64,000 bases of DNA from an uncultured bacterium (GCA_903952435.1 CAJBFN010000009.1:92-64091), one strand, 5' to 3'. Numbered from the stretch's first letter, positions 44,423 through 54,075 are shown. Notes: generated from the letters alone by a model not told the origin. Translations and numbers: made by a program.

Positions 44423-44699
44423 GGTTAATATATAATACGAATTGATAGATTTCAGTAAGTTATTTATCAGATATCGAGAAGTATGCCATCGAAAATTCCG
44501 GTGGCATACTTCATGTCAGAGTATATTTTGCAATACGAAGCAAATATATCGCCATTAGTTTGCAAAATAATCTTTTACCAAGATATAACTATATAGTGTC
44601 TCTTTAGCCTGTTAACAATACCCGACCCATCTGCTCGACCGTAAGGTATTTGAGTTAAAGTTAAATATACAAACAACATCAAACATATAACACTGAAAG

Positions 44700-44723
44700 C
44701 TCCGTTTAACACGGAGTATTTTT
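44700..44723 (+). terminator. intrinsic terminator with no annotated upstream gene
   Basis: CTCCGT-TTAAC-ACGGAG plus TATTTTT. Confidence 0.6.
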
Positions 44724-44739
44724 GTTACAATATATAAAG

Positions 44740-45300
44740 ATGGTAATAAAAACCGAAGAAGATATCAAACAATTAATAGAATCAGATAAATGGATGATGC
44801 AAGTTTTGCATGCGGCAGAAGAATTAGACCTTCCAGACTGGTGGATAGGGGCAGGATTCCTACGCAATAAAGTTTGGAATACTATCGAAGGTAATAATTC
44901 ACATTCGAATAGCGACGTCGACTTAGTCTATTTTAATTCCGAAGATATTCAACCAGAAACTGATTGGTCTTACGATGAAATGATGAGTCAAGACTATCCA
45001 ATCGCCGATTGGGAGATTCGAAATCAGGCCAGAATGCACACAAAAAATAACTTCGAACCATATATCTCGACCGCGGATGGCATTTCAAATTGGGTTGAAA
45101 CCGCAACCTGTACGGCAGTTAAGCTTGAGAACGGTAAATTAAAATTATTATTTTGCCATGGTATTGATGATTTAGTAAATCTTGTAGCTCGGCCAATTGA
45201 AAGATTCCAAACAATTGAGTTAATCGATACTTTTAATAATCGTATCCAAAAGAAAGATTGGCAGAAAAAGTGGCCACATTTGAAAATTAAGCTAGCTTAA
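44740..45300 (+). CDS. nucleotidyltransferase-family protein (PF06042-like)
   Basis: LPDWWIGAGFLRNKVWN...SDVDLVYF...WEIRNQARMH. ATG at 44740 preferred, because the TTG at 44722 lies inside the terminator. Confidence 0.7.
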   Translation: MVIKTEEDIKQLIESDKWMMQVLHAAEELDLPDWWIGAGFLRNKVWNTIEGNNSHSNSDVDLVYFNSEDIQPETDWSYDEMMSQDYPIADWEIRNQARMHTKNNFEPYISTADGISNWVETATCTAVKLENGKLKLLFCHGIDDLVNLVARPIERFQTIELIDTFNNRIQKKDWQKKWPHLKIKLA

Positions 45301-45378
45301 TAGTATAAATTTTATTCCGAAATAGAAAAATCGCCCAGCTTTACGCTAGGCGGTAATCATACTTACTTTGAGATAGGG

Positions 45379-45969
45379 CTAATCCGGCTTTACCAGAGAT
45401 AGGTATTTTTCCATATGGCCAAAACCATCATCTCCAAGTTCGGCTTCGCACCAATCCTGGATAACGCCGCCAACAGCAAGTGCGCAGTCTGTGTCTTCAG
45501 TACCGGTAGCGCCGCTGACCGATACGTAAATTCTTAAATACAACTGGGGCGACGGGTTATCTGTTATGCCAAATTTTTCTGCAGAAAATATTTCATAAAC
45601 AACACAACCAGGGTCATTTACACGACCCCACGTCTCGAATCCCCCGGGCATATCGGATGAGCGTCTGCCAAAACCGTTGCGAAGCGCATAAGCGCAACCT
45701 TCAATCTTTTCAGCCGCGTAGCCATAACAGGCACACTCCTTTTGCTCGTCCATGGCAGGTCTTGTGCGACTTCCGCCTTCTTTGATTGAAAAACCGAAAT
45801 CAACTTCACAGTCAACTCCGAAGCCACCAAGAAACTGATTAGCGTCCTCACATTTAGGGACAAAGAGCAACCGAAAAGCCCCGTTTTCAAAATCAGGGAC
45901 TTCGGCCGCCTTAGCTCTAACCGCATCAGAGATTCCCTTAACCAGTTTTTGAACCGTAATTTTTCCCAT
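45379..45969 (-). CDS. hypothetical protein, visibly GC-richer than its neighbours
   Basis: ATG at 45969 preceded by AAGGTGG at 8 nt (ORF-track start 45987 is TTG); no confident family. Confidence 0.55.
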   Translation of the reverse strand: MGKITVQKLVKGISDAVRAKAAEVPDFENGAFRLLFVPKCEDANQFLGGFGVDCEVDFGFSIKEGGSRTRPAMDEQKECACYGYAAEKIEGCAYALRNGFGRRSSDMPGGFETWGRVNDPGCVVYEIFSAEKFGITDNPSPQLYLRIYVSVSGATGTEDTDCALAVGGVIQDWCEAELGDDGFGHMEKYLSLVKPD

Positions 45970-46533
45970 AATATTTACCACCTTCAAAATAATATTTTTC
46001 CAGCAGTACTTAATGACCGCGGAACAGACAGGCTTTAAAAAAAATAAAGCTCATTTATCCCACGATCATATGAATAAACTTCAAGTAAATATGTAAAAGT
46101 TCAAGATAATATTTTATGCTTTTGTAAGAACTAACTATCTATCAAAATATAAATTACTCTATATTACTCATATTATAGCATACTCATGTATGATAGTCAA
46201 TTTAACAGCAGAGACAGTTCTACTAGTCGCTGTTTTATATTAAAATATTGATAAAAAGGCATTTCGGCAATCACGGCGCAGAAACTGCTATCTGTCGAAG
46301 CTATGCTATTTGAAAATTATTGTAGCCAAGTTATTGCCAGACAGCAGAAGAAGTTCTAGCGAGATGATTTAGCTTGATTACCACCACAAAGGAAACTAAG
46401 GCCACCTATTAAGAAAGGCCAGGAAACATCATGAGAGCTAAAGCTATCAAAAAAATGTATGATCTTTTAAAGTAACATACATTAAGGGGCTTATCCCAAC
46501 GATACGCCCATTTTTATTTGCTATAATCTAAAT

Positions 46534-47067
46534 ATGAATTTGTTAATAATTAACGGTTATTCTGCGTCAGGCAAATCCACTCTGTCTTTAAAGTTTTCCA
46601 AGAAACACGACTATGCATTAATCATTCAAGACCATTTTTTATTTAAGATGAACCCTTCCAGTTTAAAAACGAAAAAGCCTAATAGTTTTAATCATGAAAT
46701 TGCACGAATAAATTTATTGTCCTGTATAGAAAACTATATGAAATATAAAAAGGACATACTACTTGAAGGCGCCCTGGTTTCAATTACAGATACCGACCCA
46801 ATTAATATATCGGATTTCATAGATACTGCAAAAAAGTACAACTACAAGACTACCGTGGTAACTTTAATAGCCAATGACTCAGTTCGAAAACAACGTCAGA
46901 AAAAGCGCGGTAACACGCTCTTAAAACATATTGATAAAAAACTAATCGACGCTTCAGATAGACAATATAGCGTATTAAAGAATCACAGAATTGATACGTC
47001 AAAGTTATCTATCAAGAAGAGCTTAGAAGAAATCGAAAAAATAGTCTTTTTTGAACATAAAGTTTGA
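46534..47067 (+). CDS. P-loop NTPase / kinase-like protein
   Basis: Walker A GYSASGKST; TATAAT 6 nt before the ATG. Confidence 0.65.
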   Translation: MNLLIINGYSASGKSTLSLKFSKKHDYALIIQDHFLFKMNPSSLKTKKPNSFNHEIARINLLSCIENYMKYKKDILLEGALVSITDTDPINISDFIDTAKKYNYKTTVVTLIANDSVRKQRQKKRGNTLLKHIDKKLIDASDRQYSVLKNHRIDTSKLSIKKSLEEIEKIVFFEHKV

Positions 47068-47205
47068 ACCAATATCAAACATGTATTCACGTTAACATTA
47101 AGGCACCGGACCCATATTCTTAGCCAAATTAAAATCAGACCTTTTGGCCTGCTTTTAATACACCTTCAATTGTCGGAATCTCGAAGCTCCGAGTGGGTAT
47201 CCGGG

Positions 47206-47250
47206 TTCGAAAACCACCAAAGCCGCATAATGGATGTTATAAATTGACTT
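47206..47250 (+). repeat. 45-nt intergenic repeat, copy A
   Basis: 36 of 45 positions identical to 48229-48273 by hand alignment. Confidence 0.6.
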
Positions 47251-47293
47251 GATAGAAAAAATAATCAAGACATTTTTTAAGTTTAAACTCTCT

Positions 47294-47325
47294 AAATAAA
47301 ATATCCCCGGATTAACATCCGGGGA
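47294..47325 (-). terminator. intrinsic terminator (minus strand) after the 47340-47945 gene
   Basis: TCCCCGG-loop-CCGGGGA followed by a T-rich run on the minus strand. Confidence 0.7.
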
Positions 47326-47339
47326 GGGGGTGAAGTTGT

Positions 47340-47945
47340 TCACCCAAGCACAAAGACAATAGCATCTGCATACATATTAACCACTTCTGGCCTGTAGATT
47401 GCCACCTTATCTGCAGTTGAATTAAGTTTCTCATGTTGATCCCTCATAATTACTTCACCAGCAATTAAATTTTCATCAATTTCTTCCACCTGATATAATA
47501 TGCTCGGTCCCAGGATGCTGACTAAATTTACCGCCATATAGCCCTGAACAGTCGCAATTAATAATGAGTCTATAAAATAATCGCGAATTGAACCCCTGAA
47601 CAGTTCGACCATTTTGTCTTCTGAAGGGTCTTCTGCGATAATCTCCAGCGCAACAATATCAGAGCGAAAATCATAACTACCGGGATAATGGCCCGACTTT
47701 GTTCCAAGCGATAATAACCAAGTTTTGTTATTGATCACTAATACCGACAGTTCAAAGTAGCTCATCCTGCCGGTACACTTCCTGTGATGGTCGCTATCAT
47801 CAGCTATTTCAACCGATTTTGGGCCTACCAGTTCAATTTTTTTGACTCCATACGAATTATACAAATTCGTAAGCACGCCGTTTAACACTTCTGTCGCAGA
47901 TAATTCCGTCTTGTTAACAATACTTTCCTGATTCAATATAAACAC
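47340..47945 (-). CDS. hypothetical protein
   Basis: 201-aa ORF, GTG start. Confidence 0.55.
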   Translation of the reverse strand: MFILNQESIVNKTELSATEVLNGVLTNLYNSYGVKKIELVGPKSVEIADDSDHHRKCTGRMSYFELSVLVINNKTWLLSLGTKSGHYPGSYDFRSDIVALEIIAEDPSEDKMVELFRGSIRDYFIDSLLIATVQGYMAVNLVSILGPSILYQVEEIDENLIAGEVIMRDQHEKLNSTADKVAIYRPEVVNMYADAIVFVLG

Positions 47946-48228
47946 CGCCTTTATAAAATAGGACTTGAAAATGATACTAACACTATATTGCCTATATGTA
48001 AACTAATTTGTGATACCAATATGTACCCAGCAAGTGTAGCTAATCACTGCGATATTTGATATAAACCATAGCGCTCAGCTACAAGAGATTTGGACCAGAG
48101 TCAAGCAAGTAGTCACGCTAGCATAACGGCACCAGACCTGTATGCTCAACCGCAAAGATAGTCGGTCTTTTGACCGACTATCTTCATAGCCAAGAAGCCA
48201 ATTTGCCAACAATACTTCTCGATATATC

Positions 48229-48273
48229 AGCGAAAACTGCCAAAGCTACATCATGGATCTTATAGATTGACTT
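48229..48273 (+). repeat. 45-nt intergenic repeat, copy B (contains the -35 box of the lemA promoter)
   Basis: See 47206-47250. Confidence 0.6.
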
Positions 48274-48295
48274 ATATCAAAATATAGTATATATT
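48267..48295 (+). promoter_or_regulatory. sigma70-type promoter of the lemA operon
   Basis: TTGACT-17 nt-TATATT. Confidence 0.6.
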
Positions 48296-48398
48296 ATTGT
48301 AATTAACCGCGTGAGTAACCTCGTGAGGTTACGTACGTTTTATATATTTTATTTTTTATTTTTCGCAATATCCAAATATTTTTATGGAGGTAGTTAAA

Positions 48399-48950
48399 AT
48401 GAAGATCAATATCAAAAGCGCGATCATCTCCCTGGCAGTTATTACTGCATTGGCAATTGTATTTTTCGCTATCAATGTTGGAGTCAAAAACCATGTGATA
48501 GCGCTGGAAGAAAATGCCAATAACTCAAAGGCAAATGTTGGATCACAAGAAAAACGTCGAGTCGATTTGGTTTATAACCTTGCTGACTCCGTAAAGTCTT
48601 ATGCCGATTTTGAGCACAAGACTCAGATGGATGTTATCGCAAAGAGAACCTCTGAAGGAACAATCGATTCTAATGGTGGAGCTGCAGTCAATATTAAGGC
48701 TGTGGCGGAAGCATATCCAGACCTAAAGGCATCGGCGCAGTATCAACAGCTGATGACTGAACTTGCGATTACAGAGAATCAAGTATTTAACTATCGGACA
48801 ATCTATAATGATGCGATACGCGAATATAATTCTTACGTTCGCAAGTGGCCAGCAAATATGATCATCGACTCTAAAGACATAGCTGATTTCAAGTACCTAG
48901 AGTTCGACACCCCAAGTGACGCTCCTAAAAATTTATTCGATAGGAAGTGA
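48399..48950 (+). CDS. lemA: LemA family protein
   Basis: N-terminal TM; LemA-type helices (...YQQLMTELAITENQV...YN.YVRKWPANMI). GGAGG before the ATG at 48399. Confidence 0.9.
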   Translation: MKINIKSAIISLAVITALAIVFFAINVGVKNHVIALEENANNSKANVGSQEKRRVDLVYNLADSVKSYADFEHKTQMDVIAKRTSEGTIDSNGGAAVNIKAVAEAYPDLKASAQYQQLMTELAITENQVFNYRTIYNDAIREYNSYVRKWPANMIIDSKDIADFKYLEFDTPSDAPKNLFDRK

Positions 48951-49740
48951 TGGTTTGTATATTGGTAGCATCGAGATTAAGAAAAGCGAAATTGCCGTTT
49001 CGCTGATAATCATTTTATTAACGGGATCGATAGGTTTTTTATTACACGATTTCATAAAGGAGCAAATCCTAAAAGAAGCTCAAATTTATAATCGTGCATT
49101 CAAACCGCAAACTGTCGAACAGTTTCAATATGGTGCACAAACGAGCATTGGAAACGCGTTAATGTTAGGAACACTATCGACAAAAGATTCTGTAAGTACT
49201 GAACATGCAAACGGCCGGTATATGTCTCTAGAAGTAATCAAACAACATTACACGATGCACACTAGAATAGTGACAAAATCCGACAGTAAGGGCCGCACAA
49301 CAACTTCAACTGAAATTTACTATAGTTGGGATAATGTTGGCCGAGAGGTAAAACAAGCGAAAACTTTCAGTTTTTACGATTTCACCAGCAGTGTCGCCAA
49401 CCTACGAGTCAGTAATGATTACATCACGACTGATACTCATGGAAGTGACAGATGGCAAGTCTCTGGACTACCTTTATCTTTTAACGCGACGCTTCTGGTT
49501 AATCTTCATGATAATTCAATTCTGCCGATCGACAATCGTGGTATTGAAGTTTATCGAGACCAGACGGTTAATCAGGTTGTCTCGACTAAGAATTCCGACG
49601 CTGGAGCTACCATATTTGATATTATCTACACTTTGATTATTATCATATTCGTGGTTGCTTTTGTTGCCGCCAAGAATGATTGGCTAGATGGTGGTAGTTC
49701 GATTTTTTTGCGATTACCTTTTAGAAAAAATAAGACATAA
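48916..49740 (+). CDS. membrane protein downstream of lemA (N- and C-terminal TM helices)
   Basis: ORF track; GTG start overlapping the lemA end, start uncertain. Confidence 0.6.
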   Translation: MTLLKIYSIGSDGLYIGSIEIKKSEIAVSLIIILLTGSIGFLLHDFIKEQILKEAQIYNRAFKPQTVEQFQYGAQTSIGNALMLGTLSTKDSVSTEHANGRYMSLEVIKQHYTMHTRIVTKSDSKGRTTTSTEIYYSWDNVGREVKQAKTFSFYDFTSSVANLRVSNDYITTDTHGSDRWQVSGLPLSFNATLLVNLHDNSILPIDNRGIEVYRDQTVNQVVSTKNSDAGATIFDIIYTLIIIIFVVAFVAAKNDWLDGGSSIFLRLPFRKNKT

Positions 49741-49747
49741 ACTATAA

Positions 49748-49780
49748 AGGCACCCATTTTTTGGGTGCTTTTTTATTTTT
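49748..49780 (+). terminator. intrinsic terminator
   Basis: AGGCACCCA-TTTTT-TGGGTGCTT plus T-run. Confidence 0.8.
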
Positions 49781-49923
49781 GACGTGATTTAGGTATTTTT
49801 GCAATATGCGTTTTATGCCTTTTTTATTCCATTAATTGTACAGTGCCCATATACTCAGCCAGATACGACAGCATAAATGGCTGACCCATGCTTCTAACTC
49901 TGTTTTTGTATTCGTGCCACAAT

Positions 49924-50841
49924 CTACTTACGTTTTTTCTTTAAAAACTTATTGAAAAGATGAAACTTAATTTGCATAAATACCAGTAGACCAATAATCA
50001 AAGCACCAATCGCCGAAATTATAATTATCCAACTATTAGATGCTACTGTTTTACTATCTTTAGTTAGTGAAGTGTCCGATGATTCAAGTCCATCGTTCGA
50101 TATAACACCATCAGCGTCGGCAGTTGAAACTAAGGCAGGTGTTTCAGATGTACTATTAGTTGTAGTAGCGCTAGGATTGGTGGCTGTTGTAGTATTGCCA
50201 GGAACGTTAGGGTCGGCAGCGGCAACGGAAGGAACAACAACTGGCGCTTCTTCAGGGACTACTACTGGCGGAACAACAGGCGCAACATAAGTATAGCCCA
50301 TGGTCGTAAAACCAAAGTCTTTATCTAAATTCATAACGCCACCGACGATAGACACGCCGCCTGCAACGCAGTTAGGGTCGGCTTTAAATGGCCAACGGAC
50401 GTTTCCACCACCGGTAGTCGAGGTTAGCTTTATTTTATATGTATCACCAGGTGTCAAGGGAACGTCGTACTGTTGCCAATCGTTGTCATAAAAATCTATA
50501 TACAACATCTGATCACCATCCAAGCTTGCCGTTATATTAATGTCTTTCGAGGCCAATACTGTTTCTTCGTTAAAATCAGTAATAGAAACAGTTAATACGC
50601 TTTCGTCGTCAGCAGCGTTAATTAATAGATTTAGCACAATAGTATTTAATCTGTTTTGGGTTGGAACAAAAGTTTGACCAAGGCTTCCATTCTCAAAAAC
50701 ACTATCAGAGCTCTCCAGCGTATATGGTAAATTAGCCGAACAACTTTGATCCTGAGTATTTTCAATTGCACCAACATTATTGATATTAATACCTGAGAAC
50801 ACTAATACTGCTAATACAAAAGAGCTAAAGATTTTTTTCAT
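49924..50841 (-). CDS. secreted protein with Pro/Val/Thr-rich linker and C-terminal TM anchor
   Basis: Signal peptide MKKIFSSFVLAVLVFSG; PVVPPVVVPEEAPVVVP linker; C-terminal TM followed by KKKRK. Confidence 0.65.
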   Translation of the reverse strand: MKKIFSSFVLAVLVFSGININNVGAIENTQDQSCSANLPYTLESSDSVFENGSLGQTFVPTQNRLNTIVLNLLINAADDESVLTVSITDFNEETVLASKDINITASLDGDQMLYIDFYDNDWQQYDVPLTPGDTYKIKLTSTTGGGNVRWPFKADPNCVAGGVSIVGGVMNLDKDFGFTTMGYTYVAPVVPPVVVPEEAPVVVPSVAAADPNVPGNTTTATNPSATTTNSTSETPALVSTADADGVISNDGLESSDTSLTKDSKTVASNSWIIIISAIGALIIGLLVFMQIKFHLFNKFLKKKRK

Positions 50842-50974
50842 TTTGTCCTTTTTTTGTTTTTTTTATGAATACAACTTTATGATATATCATTCCAGTATTA
50901 AAAACAACATTATTGCAATTACGATGCATATTAGTATATATAAACTATGCTAATATAAAAATGTACATTAATTA

Positions 50975-51147
50975 ATCAGCATATCCAGAGTGCAGCGAGA
51001 GATCTAGCTCTATGACCTGCCGGCAACCAGCCAATTATAAACAAATTGGACAAGGTGCCCCTTCTAGCCCGTACGGGAAAGATAAATTTTTAAAACTCCT
51101 TTATCTTGTTTGTCCGGGCGAAAAGATATGCGAAAGGAGTTCTTTTT
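50975..51147 (+). promoter_or_regulatory. SAM-I (S-box) riboswitch with terminator/antiterminator platform
   Basis: CCAGAG...GAGAGA...ATGA...CCGGCAACC-[P3 CCAATT/AATTGG]-AAGGTGCC-[P4 CCCG/CGGG]-AAGATAAA. Terminator AACTCCTTT...AAAGGAGTT plus T5 (51092-51147) sequesters the SD. AAGATAAA can pair with TTTATCTT as antiterminator. Upstream of metK. Confidence 0.75.
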
Positions 51148-52128
51148 ATGTCAAAATTTAAAACCGCCGAAAGTGTTTCGCCAAAACACCCAGACAAAAT
51201 CTGCGATCAAATCTCGGACGCAATACTGGACGCGCACTTATCTCAAGATGTAAACGCACGGGTTGCGATTGACGTCACCGGTGGTCACGGAAAAGTTTTT
51301 GTGACCGGTGAAGTTACATCCAAAGCTACAGATATTAATATTAAACAAATCGTCAAACGACTAGCTGGTAATGTAGAAGTTATTGAAAATATAGCGACCC
51401 AAAGCCCAGAAATCGCCAATGGTGTAGATATTGGCGGCGCCGGCGATCAGGGGATAATGGTTGGCTATGCAACCAACGAAACGGCCGAATATCTGCCAAT
51501 TGAAGTCGTATTATCCAGACGGCTGAACCAAAATATATACGAACGCTGGCCATATGACGGAAAAACCCAAGTAACAGTAAAGGATGGCAAGATTGTTTCT
51601 ATTGTGGCCAGTTTCCAAAATGCACCACGAAATGAATTAGCGGCCCAAGTTTTGACTTGGCTAAAAAACGAACCTTTGGCTGTTGCGGAAAATGGAATCG
51701 TAAAATTTCATATCAATCCAGCAGGCGATTGGGGCCTAGGCGGATTCGACGCTGACGCTGGACTAACCGGCCGAAAACTTGTTGTCGATAATTATGGCCC
51801 CAGAATCCCAATTGGAGGTGGTGCATTTAGTGGCAAAGACCCCAGCAAAGTCGACCGCTCGGCGGCGTATATGGCCCGAAAAATTGCGATTGATTATATT
51901 AAAAAATTTAACGCCAAAGAAGTTTTTGTCTATCTAGCATATGCCATTGGATATGACCAGCCACTGGAATCCACGGTCGTTATTGATGGTAAAGAAGAAA
52001 CAATGAAAGGCTACGACTTATCACCAAACGGCATAATTAAATTGCTTGATTTGCGCCGCCCAATCTACGAAGAAACCGCCAAATATGGCCACTTTGGTAA
52101 TAAAACTTTTAGTTGGGAAAAATCATAA
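51148..52128 (+). CDS. metK: S-adenosylmethionine synthase (compact, 326 aa)
   Basis: ESVSPKHPDKICDQISDA, GAGDQG, GGGAFSGKD.SKVDRSAAY motifs; ATG at 51148 after AAAGGAG. Confidence 0.9.
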   Translation: MSKFKTAESVSPKHPDKICDQISDAILDAHLSQDVNARVAIDVTGGHGKVFVTGEVTSKATDINIKQIVKRLAGNVEVIENIATQSPEIANGVDIGGAGDQGIMVGYATNETAEYLPIEVVLSRRLNQNIYERWPYDGKTQVTVKDGKIVSIVASFQNAPRNELAAQVLTWLKNEPLAVAENGIVKFHINPAGDWGLGGFDADAGLTGRKLVVDNYGPRIPIGGGAFSGKDPSKVDRSAAYMARKIAIDYIKKFNAKEVFVYLAYAIGYDQPLESTVVIDGKEETMKGYDLSPNGIIKLLDLRRPIYEETAKYGHFGNKTFSWEKS

Positions 52129-52172
52129 AATCGCTTATGCTATAATTGAAAATATAATTAGGGGATAAATCT

Positions 52173-52844
52173 ATGGACGAAAAAATACAAGATAACGAAC
52201 TACAAAATATAAAATTAGAATCAACACCGATTTCACCAAAAAAGAGCTCCTTGGCTATCAAACATATAATATCCGGCATAATCATATTAATCTTAATGAT
52301 AGGATCAACTGCCGGTGCCTATTTCTGGCGAGACAATCAAGCAGCAGAATCTGAAAAACAGCAAACCAATAATATAGCGAGCTACCAGAAAACTATAGCA
52401 ACGCTTGAAAAACAAATAGCAGACACAACATCCGGAGTGCCAGATAATAGCCCAACTCCATGTGCCGAAATAGCACCCGACGCAACGACGGTTGAAAATA
52501 TTCAATTATCAATTACCTCTGGCAACACAGCCGCACTGGAAGGTTATATGGCATCGAGCGTAAATGTAATTTTAGCCGCTTCTGAAGCCTATGGCGCACA
52601 AACACCCACTCAGGCAATTTCAGACATATCCCAATTTATATCAGACGATATCAATTCATGGGATTATAATTTCACATTACCAGCCGCAACCTTAAATACA
52701 TACAAAGCAAGTGGTTACGCCCAATACTTTGCAACAACATCAATAGTTGGCAAGGCCACAAACGAAAAAGTTATCTCATTCTCTTTTGACTGCCTTGGAA
52801 AAATTGACACAGTATTCCTATCAAGCGATGAAAATTTGCTTTAA
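52173..52844 (+). CDS. N-terminally anchored hypothetical protein
   Basis: GGGG SD; one TM helix. Confidence 0.55.
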   Translation: MDEKIQDNELQNIKLESTPISPKKSSLAIKHIISGIIILILMIGSTAGAYFWRDNQAAESEKQQTNNIASYQKTIATLEKQIADTTSGVPDNSPTPCAEIAPDATTVENIQLSITSGNTAALEGYMASSVNVILAASEAYGAQTPTQAISDISQFISDDINSWDYNFTLPAATLNTYKASGYAQYFATTSIVGKATNEKVISFSFDCLGKIDTVFLSSDENLL

Positions 52845-52932
52845 TGTATTTACAATATAGCGAAAACTATAGGGGACTAAAATAAAGAGTTCAATTACCA
52901 TATGATTTTAATTAATAATTAGGAGACAGAAC

Positions 52933-54075
52933 ATGGACAATCCGGGCCAAGAAGATAATGTAGAAAATCACAATCAAAATACCAATAACCATTGGGACTC
53001 TGTCACTGCAGAAATGCCAAATTCCGAGCCGGCACAAGATACCGTGATAACACCAGCTCAACCTGTCACGCCAATACTACAGTCGCAACAGCCAATTACA
53101 CCGATCCAACCTGCCGTTGAAATAATCACCCCAAGCCCTCCATTGACGCTCATTTTGCAATGGTTGACCTATGCTTTTTGGATAGCCTCAACTATATCCG
53201 TAGTTATACTAACTGGATTCGTAGCTTACTATTTTCTAAGTGGCGGTAAAGATTCAGGCAGCTCGATTGCTTATTCGATTGCAGCCGTATTGTCATTTGT
53301 CACATTTGCTATAATTTGTGATTTACTTTACATAAAAAAAGAGCCAGCACAAAAAGCAAAGGGCGCATCAGCGCTAATGATAATCCACGCCGTAATTTTT
53401 GCGCTTGGTGGCGTTGGGGCCTTATTCACTATAATATTTAATCTTGTAAGCCTAATGACTGGCGAAAACTCCAGCTATTCTTATTATTACGATAATTATA
53501 GCTCTACAGTTAGTATATTATCAGCGCTATCTGGCCTAGTATTCTGTATTATTTTATTCTTCCGCACGATCGCAATTAAATGGGTATTTAAATTAAGAAA
53601 AATAATAGTTATCATCTTAACAGCCTTATCTCTATCTCTAGTAGGACTTGGAGTTTTTGGGCCAGTTGTTAGCTCTGTCGCAGGCAAGGATGATAAGTTG
53701 ATAGAAAACAATTTATCATCAATTTCTAACGAGATAAATAATTATATATCAGCCAAAAACACGCTCCCTCCAGATCTTAATGTCTTGTCGCTAAAGGGAC
53801 CAGCAAAAGACCTAGTGTCTAACAATAAAGTGACCTACAAACCAGAAATTAGTTCGAATTATTCATATCTTCGATACCAACTATGTACAACCTATAAAAA
53901 TGCGAGCACCTCTACTTCATACTCGACGAATAAATATGAAGACGAATATTCTGCCTATGCCGACACAGATGGGCACCCTGCCGGAAATGTATGCTATAAG
54001 CTAGAATATTATTATAATGTCGACTCAGTTATTGATATGAACGACGAAAGAAATTATCTCCAAACAGCAAACTAA
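52933..54075 (+). CDS. multi-TM hypothetical membrane protein with soluble C-terminal domain
   Basis: AGGAG SD; about 5 TM helices. Confidence 0.55.
   Translation: MDNPGQEDNVENHNQNTNNHWDSVTAEMPNSEPAQDTVITPAQPVTPILQSQQPITPIQPAVEIITPSPPLTLILQWLTYAFWIASTISVVILTGFVAYYFLSGGKDSGSSIAYSIAAVLSFVTFAIICDLLYIKKEPAQKAKGASALMIIHAVIFALGGVGALFTIIFNLVSLMTGENSSYSYYYDNYSSTVSILSALSGLVFCIILFFRTIAIKWVFKLRKIIVIILTALSLSLVGLGVFGPVVSSVAGKDDKLIENNLSSISNEINNYISAKNTLPPDLNVLSLKGPAKDLVSNNKVTYKPEISSNYSYLRYQLCTTYKNASTSTSYSTNKYEDEYSAYADTDGHPAGNVCYKLEYYYNVDSVIDMNDERNYLQTAN

Noticed and set aside
47161-47230. A tRNA gene suggested by GGGTTCGAAAACC
   Set aside because: No cloverleaf can be drawn on either strand, because the T-stem and acceptor do not pair. 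I treat it as a degenerate tRNA-end-like fragment or repeat only.
47155-47343. 62-aa minus-strand ORF
   Set aside because: It runs through the terminator hairpin of the upstream gene and the intergenic repeat, and has no SD.
48303-48494. 63-aa minus-strand ORF
   Set aside because: It is antisense to the lemA 5' UTR and start, and includes the UTR hairpin.
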